Position numbers and translations under genes: made by a program. Below the pieces are notes generated by a model. The model was not told where the DNA came from, made no database searches, and worked only from the letters and a program-made list of their open reading frames with translations. This document shows positions 24,077 to 32,028 of a DNA stretch of 32,028 bases, piece after piece; within the stretch, counting starts at the first letter, position 1, and the number at the start of each line of letters is the position of its first letter. Origin of the DNA: Jimgerdemannia flammicorona (taxonomy: Eukaryota). The stretch lies in NCBI GenBank assembly GCA_003990765.1, contig RBNJ01000366.1, positions 1-32,028 of the forward strand. Reading direction: 5' to 3'.

Positions 24077-24186
24077 GTGAGTGGTCGCCTCTTTTCATTG
24101 ATTGCTATTTCTTGGTAATGGATTTTCAGGATCGGTTAAAACGCCCTCCTTCTGACCAATATCGATCTGATTGTTCAATTCTTCAG
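24077..24186 (+). promoter_or_regulatory. Predicted intron in the eRF1 3'UTR
   Basis: Donor AG|GTGAGT at 24077, branch-like CTGAC (~24152) and CTGAT (~24167), acceptor TTCTTCAG at 24186. The 110-nt length is like the coding introns of this gene. There is an alternative acceptor TTTTCAG at 24129 and an alternative donor GTAAGA at 23972. Confidence 0.55.
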
Positions 24187-24230
24187 ACCGCATTTGCGAA
24201 TCAGACAACGTATCCAATATAAAAAGCTCC

Positions 24231-24268
<38 letters not shown>

Positions 24269-24748
24269 GTGATTGCGCACACGCGTCGCAAGACCTGCAC
24301 AATTGCACACGCGTCGTCCAATTTCATAGTTTCTTTCGAATCTCATCAGATGTAACATATCTTCTATCTTTGGTCTTTCTCAACCGTGTGGTGGTATCGT
24401 GCAAGAGCGGGTTCCGTATCGCTCCTGTCTGCATTTCCCCTACTTTTTTCGTTCGTTTGCTGTTTTGTATACGAATAGACCAAAGACATGTTTTACGTGA
24501 CGGAGCGTTGTTGGAGCCTGCTCGATTTGGTTGGAATACGAAGTGATTTTTATTGAAATTTATATATATATGCGTTCTTGGAAGGTTGCTCAAATCGCGT
24601 TTTGGTCAAGGTTCAGGAGTCCCGAAGTCACGGAGCTGGTCAAAAAGTGTGGGAAAAGAACAGAGTGGCTTGAAACGTGACCGTCGATCGTAATCTTCAA
24701 AATTCATGCCCCGTAAACACATCGTCTACTCTGGACTCGCTTTCCAAA

Positions 24749-26974
24749 ATGAGCACGTACCATGACGACGATATCCCTTCGCTTGTTCCTGTAGAGGACC
24801 CTACCATGTATGTACTGTGTCATTTATGGGTTGTGTCTCACTTTGTTCGAGCGTCCCCTTACATCCTGGCGCGTTCATCTTAAAAAGCTCGGAACTCGTG
24901 AACGGCGAGGCTGCCAAATCACCTACCTCGAACCAAGGACAGAAGATACCCATAACTATCGTAACCGGTGAGCCTCATCTGCTATGGCACCTTGTCTTCA
25001 TGATCAACGGAATAAATTGGAACGAAAAATTTTGGTGAATCCGACTCCCACTTGGCTATTTAACGATCACCATAAATGTGCGATAAACAACGCCCTAGGC
25101 TTCCTTGGCAGCGGTAAAACCACGTTGCTCAACTACATCTTAAACGAAAAGCACGAGAAACGCATCGCTGTCATTCTGAACGAGTTCGGCGAAAGTGGGT
25201 AGTTCGTTTGCTTGTACTTTCGACCATTATGTTGGTTGGTCTACGCGGTTTGAACTGACTGCGATTACCATCTCTTCGACTATGTGTGGGGGCGTGTCTG
25301 GCAGGCAGCGACATCGAGAAGGCCCTCTCTGTGAGCGATCAGGGCACGCTTTACGAGGAATGGTTGGAGCTGAAGAACGGGTGTCTTTGTTGCTCGGTCA
25401 AGTATGTAGCGGCTCTGGTTACATATTAATACATCTGTTTTCGAGGTCACATGACTTTCCGGACTCACCACATTTACCCTTCTCTGACTCGCACTCAACC
25501 AGAGATAATGGAGTCAAGGCGATTGAGAACCTGATGCTCAAGCGCGGGCGGTTCGATTACATCCTCCTTGAGACGACTGGGTTGGCGGACCCAGGACCCA
25601 TCGCCTCCATTTTCTGGATGGACGACGAGCTGGGGAGCGAGATTTATCTGGACGGGATTGTGACGCTTGTGGACGCCAAGTATGTCGAGAAGGTGAGCCT
25701 CAGGGCGAGAGCGGGATTTATGGTGATGGGATGGATGGATGTGTGGATGGTGGCTCTAATTAATCGACGTTAACTTTGCAACAGCACATTGGAGAGAAGG
25801 CCGAGAACGGATCGATCAACGACGCAGTCAAGTATGTCCACTGTTGAAGCCAGCTGAAGCGCGCATTATGACGTCACCCATCCTACACGAAACAAAGCTC
25901 CCATCTACGCTATCTACGCTCACATATATTCTGTCTGTTATTCACATATTGAATTCAGACAGATTGCCATTGCGGATCGCATTATCATCAACAAAACGGA
26001 TCTCGTGGATGAGGGTACACTAACTCAATTGGAAAGTGACCTCCGGTATGTTTCTTGATTGTCTGTCAATTGAAGGTTTGCTTGGGATGGTTCATATATC
26101 ATATTTGACGTCCTGATACATCTTCTATAACAAATATACGAATTGCTGGACAGCTTTGTTAATGCCGCAGCTCAGATTGTACGGACGCAGCGGTCCAAGT
26201 AGGCATCCCTTTTCAACTGTGGTACCTACATAACACGTTAGTCCCACTCTTAATTAGACCAATTTGTTTGCCCTTTTCGTAGAGTTTCGTTGGATTTTAT
26301 CCTCGACATCAGAGCTTACGACGCGAAGGGCCTCAACGACATCGGCAGCGCAGACTCGAACTTTATTACTGGTGGGCGCAGCAGCCATCTGGACGGGGTA
26401 AGCGGAATTGTTTATTCGCACACGCATCTGAGATGGAAGGCAATGTATCATGCGGCTTGCCTTTTCCTCCATTGCATTAATGGACACCACATTGCTCCTA
26501 TGCTACACATCCCACCTGCAGTCGGTACAAACAATCTGCATCCAGTTCCGCCAACAGGCGACCGACATATTACGACTCGAACGTTGGATCCAGACGCTGC
26601 TGTGGGAAAAGGTGATACCGCCGTTCACTGCGACCGTCGCGGATGATCATATCGAAGAACATGACAATGGTCACGCGCACGACCACGACCACGGCCCACA
26701 CGAGCCAGCGGCGTCAGGCGACACCGTGATCGTCCTTCGGCTTAAAGGTATCGTCACGCCGCCCGCAGATGACAACAACAGACAAAGGCGGCTGGTCGTG
26801 CAAGGGGTGCACGAGTTGTACGACATGCAGGAGGCCGCGGGGGAGACAGGAGAAAGAGGAACTGGCGAGGATGTGAGCAAGATTGTGCTGATCGGACAAA
26901 ATTTGCATAGATCGAGGTTGGAGACGTCGTTTTGTGAGTGGGTTGGTGTCGCGAGTGGAGATTTGGTGAGGTGA
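24749..26974 (+). CDS. ZNG1: ZNG1/CobW (COG0523, G3E family) zinc-chaperone GTPase; exons 24749-24807, 24888-24967, 25099-25194, 25305-25401, 25503-25692, 25785-25831, 25959-26045, 26154-26198, 26283-26397, 26522-26974
   Basis: Contains [16 protein letters not shown] (Walker A), [22 protein letters not shown] (GCxCC), [14 protein letters not shown] (NKxD) and CobW_C (LRLKG...VQGVHELYD...KIVLIG). Nine GT-AG introns keep the frame. Confidence 0.95.
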
Positions 26975-29382
26975 GTGTTGGGAGAGAGGGAGCCTCAGGA
27001 GAACATCAATAAAGTAGCCCAGAGATTGTTGACAGTATTAGAATTCGCCGTATGCTGCAATAGGAAACCCAGTCAAAGTCCTTTGGAGCGGTGGGTTCCG
27101 GCGCCAGTCAGTGCATGCCACAAACTTCGAAAAAAGGAATATTCCTTTGCCGGTTTGTATTGTATAATATTTTGCGGATGCAATTGGCTAGAATGCTCAC
27201 GTGTTCCGATAACTGGCGCTGCAGGATTGTTCAGTGGGAATGAAAGAAAAGACTGCAGCCGAAGGCAAGAAATTCTAATACGGACATGGGTACTCTTATT
27301 ACACGGCTCAACTATTACACGGCTCAACTTACCGTAAGGTACGTATGATCAAAGTTAGTCGGAAGTCGGGTACAATCGGCAGAGTTAGGCAGCTATGGAA
27401 AAGATAGCTTGGGCGTAGCATCCCAACCTCTCCTTTCGTTACAAGTACATACGCCGCGGGTGACCTCGTCCCCTCCATCGCGAAACGGTACTAGCATGAC
27501 CATGCGTTTGTTGGCGTAGCAATGTTCCTTTAATTCTCCGCCCCAATTAACCAGCGGGCGATACCAGCGTGTGTTTAGTAACCTATCAATAATGTGGCCT
27601 TTTTGGACGTGTTGCGGTCTCTGTATGACCAACCAAATAGGTTGCATGAAAAGCAAGTCCCCTTCACTCGAAACACAGCGTAGTACCAGACCGCATGTCG
27701 GTCACGATCACCATGTTTCAATGGCTACCCTTGACAGCATAAGGGACTATATGCTATGCTAGCCACGCGGGTCCATAATGGTTGCATAAATGGAAGACTT
27801 CAATCCGTTTTATTTTATTTTATTTTTGCTGGGCCAAGAGGAATCACGCAATATGGTATGGTAACATGATAAATGACCAATGCTCACTAGATTTTATTTT
27901 ATTTGTTTTGGTATGCTTATTCTGATTCGGGCTCGACTGATTAAGCCTGCCAACAGAGATGTGAGAAGGTTGAGATTGAAATTCCTTATTTTTCTCAGTA
28001 GGATCTCTAAGAATCGTTTTTGACACGTGTTTCTTTGTACCCAGGTCGTGTTGAAGATCCTTTACAACGTCCCATGCTTGAATTTCTAAAAGGTCTAAAA
28101 ACGAGGTGTCAAAGTAGATTCCAAACAATTATAGAGAATGAGACAATGTCATGTAGGTAAGCATGGGACGATGGGATCAGAGCTTCCTCCTAGTTATCAA
28201 TGTCGACAAAGGCCGGAAGGTGCGATGATCTGTGAGAACATGCTATGATTTACTGCATTGGTTGCTTCCATATTACGCAGTTTTTAGTTTCAGTGCTTAT
28301 GGCTGTTCCGACATGATCGTCTTATTTGATTTATTATTCGCGTTCCCGTTCTTCTGGGGGAAGGCATCACAAGGTAGAGAAAATTGACAATGACCTGCGG
28401 ACTTTGGCCCTGTTTGCGCCATTGGTGATGAGTCAGAAATGGCTCATAGTTTGTTCGGAAATTGCCTACCATCGTAGGTACTGCGTGGGTATCCTTCACG
28501 TTGACAGCGACCAAGGATTGTCATTGCGGGGCGGCCGAATTAGATGAAAGTGCTGGTTCAGGCGGTACCTTTATTGTCATACTTTTATTTGGTCGCAGAT
28601 CTAACCACGCTGGCTTCACAAAATGAAAGTATGTAGCGAAAACTCGAGATATTTGCATTTGATGGACCCGTTTCCATTTTAGTGCCAACATCTTGACCAA
28701 GATCGGTGTTGGCACACGTGGTACTTTCGAACGCGATAAAAACAATACACAAACATAAACACAAACAAAATAAAACACATCCATATGGCTGTGGCCAAAC
28801 AAACACTCGCCTGAAAAATGCACGGGTGTGGATTAGGCGAAGGAACAGTGGCGAAGCATCGATCATTCGCAGACGCGATGACGTACCTGTACCTCGCCAC
28901 CAGCGGGTTTGGAGGTGGTGAAGCCTCGCGGGAGAGCACGCAAGTCAATCACGAGAAAACTTTATCGGAGACCCTCCCATTCCGGGGGAAACGTTTCCTG
29001 TGTGACAACAGGACCTCCAAGATGGCATCCGGTCAAGGTGACACTCCTTTCCATGCTTGTCCATCTTTAGCCAAATCCGGCATGGTTTGCTGTGCCCGGC
29101 CCGTCGTACTCCCGTACCTAACCAGCCGTCGGTTCGCTGAATCCGTGCGCGGTGGCGTTGGGAGTGGCGTCGGGTTGTTTGACTGGAAGGTTTTGCCGGC
29201 CGTCAAAAAAAAAAAAAAAAAAAAAAAAAACAAAAAAAAAAAAAAGGAGACAAGGACAGGAAAGGAAATAGAGAACGAGGGCTATTACAGAGGAATGTGA
29301 CGAATATGGATGCCCAAATTATCAGAAGCACAAATAAGGAGTAAGGAGAAGATAAAAAGTTGTATATGAAAATGCTGACAAG

Positions 29383-29480
29383 AAAAAGGACCAAAAAGTT
29401 CATAATTAATGAACAAAAAGGGACCAAGAGGTTCATAATTAATGACAAAAAAGGAACCAAGAGGTTCATAATTAATGAAC
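29383..29480 (+). repeat. Three tandem ~31-bp repeats (AAAAGGGACCAAGAGGTTCATAATTAATGAAC)
   Basis: Directly visible. Confidence 0.85.
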
Positions 29481-30098
29481 AACAGAAGGTAAAATAAACT
29501 CTCATCTTTTTAAAAAAGACAAGAGAAATGAGCCAGATTCCCTCATTTTCGCATTCTTCATTAGAATTCCCCCCTGTCTCGAAGAGCTTTTTAAAGCCTC
29601 ACATGACAAGAGGTGAAAGCCTGTGACCAATGCTGCATTTTACGGCGGGATCACAAGGTCGATGGCGGAAGAGGGATAATCCTGAGATCTTTGTAATGTC
29701 ATTGATAGATGAATGTGTGCGGGAAAAGAAAGAAAGGTGTTTTAGCATTGTTTGTGATCTTGTTCATTACACGTCATGGTCAAATAGAGATAGATGTGTG
29801 TGGGGGGGGGCATCATGATGTTCCGTGAAATCACACATCTCGAACATGATGTTATTATAGAGTAGGGATCGCCAGAGATTCCTTTTCATGATATTAGCCG
29901 CGGGTTTGCAGGATTCGGAAAAGGAGGGGGTGTTTTGAAATCGCGGATTTGACATTCACAAAGAGGGTGGCGAGACCATGTGGTGCTGGGCTTGCTAAGG
30001 CAGAACGCCATGCCAGCGACGATCTCTTTATGTTGTGATACGTACGTAATCAATGCTGTAATGACGGTTCCGATAGCTCCGGGCGCACCTAGGGGCGT

Positions 30099-30148
30099 GG
30101 GGTGGGGTGGGGTGGGGTGGGGTGGGGTGGGGTGGGGTGGGGTGGGGT
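30099..30148 (+). repeat. (GGGGT)10 pentamer repeat, G-quadruplex-capable
   Basis: Ten perfect units about 570 bp upstream of the cold-shock gene ATG. Confidence 0.9.
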
Positions 30149-30719
30149 GAGGGCGGAAAACGGAAAGTTTAATAAATTGCAAGGGCCGGATGGCTAAATT
30201 TGAGGTGGGCATGATGGACATACCACCTGCTAAATTTAGATCATGGGCCCAAGCCATCTGAAACGTTCGTCGCCAGATGCAAAAAGTGCGGCAGCCTATT
30301 GCCCCTAAATCGCTTAACGCTCCCAATCCTGCCCCCCCCTTTTGGCTTTAAGAGACCCATTTAATTTTTCCTCTTCTGAACTCGTCCCCTCTTTCTGTTG
30401 CGACCCGAGCAACAAACAAACCGAACCCAAAAGAGACCCTGCTCACAACCTCCTCCTCCCCCTGCTACTTGCAACCCGAACGGTACGTGACTGACAAACA
30501 CCTCCCCATTTTGCCCAGCTGCGAGCTGCGGATCCCCCCCCGACGAGGACTGGCGTAGAACCCGCTCCCAGGCCGCTCCCCTCCCTCCTCCCCCCCCCCT
30601 CAACCCGCCGGCCACTTCCCCCACCGTTCCACTTCAATTGCCATTACTGATCGTGCCATTCCCCCACCCACCTTGTACCAGCAGCAAACCTCGCTTTGTT
30701 CACACGCGCAGAATTCGCC

Positions 30720-31920
30720 ATGTCCGTGTCAGGCCGCAAAACTGGCCGAGTAAAGTTCTTCAACAGCCAAAAGGGCTACGGCTTCATCATTCCTGACGAC
30801 GCCGGTCCGGACCCCAAGATCGAAGGTATTTGCTCGTACCACCATCCTCTCGATCCCCGCTGTGCATTATCTTGGCCAGGACTTACGCCACGCGTCGGGC
30901 CCACGCACATACCACCGACCGTGACTTCTTTTTTGGCGACTTGGAGGTGGTTCTAATGTAAACGTAACCAAGGAAGACGACATAACGGAGCGCGGCGGAC
31001 GTTGAGAAAATACTTGCTAGGGGTGGCTGTCTAATACTCAGCCACCTTCCGGAGCCGCCTAGTTATCGTGGTTGTAAACGGGAGCGTTCCGAGCATTTCG
31101 GGAATGCGTTGTCACGGAGATGCTTAACCACTATTTGTTAATGGAGAAGAACGGAAAGGCTGGGTGGGGCTATGTGGAGAGAGAAACAGCGGACAAAGCT
31201 GTGGAGCACAGCCAACAACAGTTTTCGGCTTTAGGCTCTCCGAAACGCCCTATTTTCCACGCTTCCCTTAACGTGAAATTTTCGTGTTTTGCCATTTAAC
31301 TGATGATTTTTGCCTCGTTTTATTCTGTATTCCTGTTTTCTCAATGCCTTTCTTTTCATGTGTCGGTACCACCTTTCGAAATCGTTCCGTATCCCTGGTG
31401 TTTTATCGAACGCAATTCCACGTTTTCGCCGTCATTCAAATCCCTTTGACTTTGCTAACTGAAGAGGTTTTCGTACACCACACTGCCATTCACAACGATG
31501 GAGGCTTTAAGAGTTTGGCTGAGGTATGTCCGGTCTTATGTTGTATTTTTTTTTTAATTTCTGTCCATTTTAGGTTTTGAACAGTTTTTTTCCTGCATAC
31601 ATTCGTCGTTTGTAACACTTTCTTCCTTTTTCCCTCTTGCATAATCTGCCAATCAATCTCGGATTAGAGTGAGGAGGTAAGCATCTGGAACTTTTCATTT
31701 GTACGATTTGTACGGCAATTGGATGACGTTTGTCGGGGCCACGCCATCCCTTTTTAATCTCGACGATTGTCGATCTGATACAAATTTACGATTCGCCCAA
31801 ACTTCAGGTGGAATATGACCTCGTGCAAGGGCCCAAGGGCATGCAGGCCGCCAATGTGTCGGGTCCGAACGGCAGCGCGGTGAGGGGCGATCCTAACGCC
31901 GGTCGGAGGCATTTCGAAGG
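30720..31920 (+). CDS. Cold-shock-domain RNA-binding protein (Y-box/Lin28/CSP-like), 5' part; exons 30720-30825, 31465-31523, 31668-31676, 31808-31920; continues beyond the window
   Basis: Spliced product GRVKFFNSQKGYGFIIPDD...EEVFVHHTAIHNDGGFKSLAE-SEE-VEYDLVQGPKGMQAANVSGPNG contains RNP1 (KGYGFI) and RNP2 (VFVH). A further donor GTGAGT lies at 31921. Confidence 0.92.
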
Positions 31921-32028
31921 GTGAGTTTGAATGGCGACGTTAAGCTCGGTTATAGTCGGCATCGTTGCTATACGTCATGTATGACATGACGTTCGTCGTT
32001 TTTCGGAGGTGGCGGGGAACTTTGGGGG

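Noticed and set aside
27000..29300. Scattered 60-160 aa ORFs suggesting a hidden or decayed gene
   Set aside because: I could not build a consistent spliced model or recognise a domain. A translated homology search and RNA-seq would be needed.
16587..31920. Five co-oriented genes as a functional cluster
   Set aside because: The functions are unrelated and each gene has its own intergenic region; co-orientation of five genes is plausible by chance.

Overview
Eukaryotic (fungal) genomic DNA with GT-AG introns. The gene set and style suggest an early-diverging fungus, probably Mucoromycota (inference). The window has two sharply different halves. Bases 1-~14250 are an AT-rich, almost CpG-free block of nested, C>T/G>A-hypermutated transposons: a Ty3/gypsy-like Gag-protease element with no visible RT/integrase plus a probable ~1.5 kb 3' LTR; a decayed pogo/Fot1-type transposase (- strand) between long inverted arms built of 39-bp and ~92-bp modules; a poly(A)-tailed retroposed insert with a 10-bp TSD that contains a 1.7 kb 9-mer array; a 20-bp minisatellite; and a 388-bp hAT-type foldback MITE with an 8-bp TSD. 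Bases ~14250-32028 are normal CpG-rich DNA with five + strand intron-containing genes: an MIT-domain protein, a bZIP/DUF3425 transcription factor, eRF1 (SUP45), a ZNG1/CobW zinc-chaperone GTPase and the 5' part of a cold-shock-domain protein. The most notable signal is the eRF1 3' region. It has a leaky UGA-C stop, 63 open in-frame codons containing a G-quadruplex motif, a second stop, and a predicted 3'UTR intron placed as expected for a readthrough/NMD autoregulatory switch. All calls were made by eye with manual translation; no searches were run.
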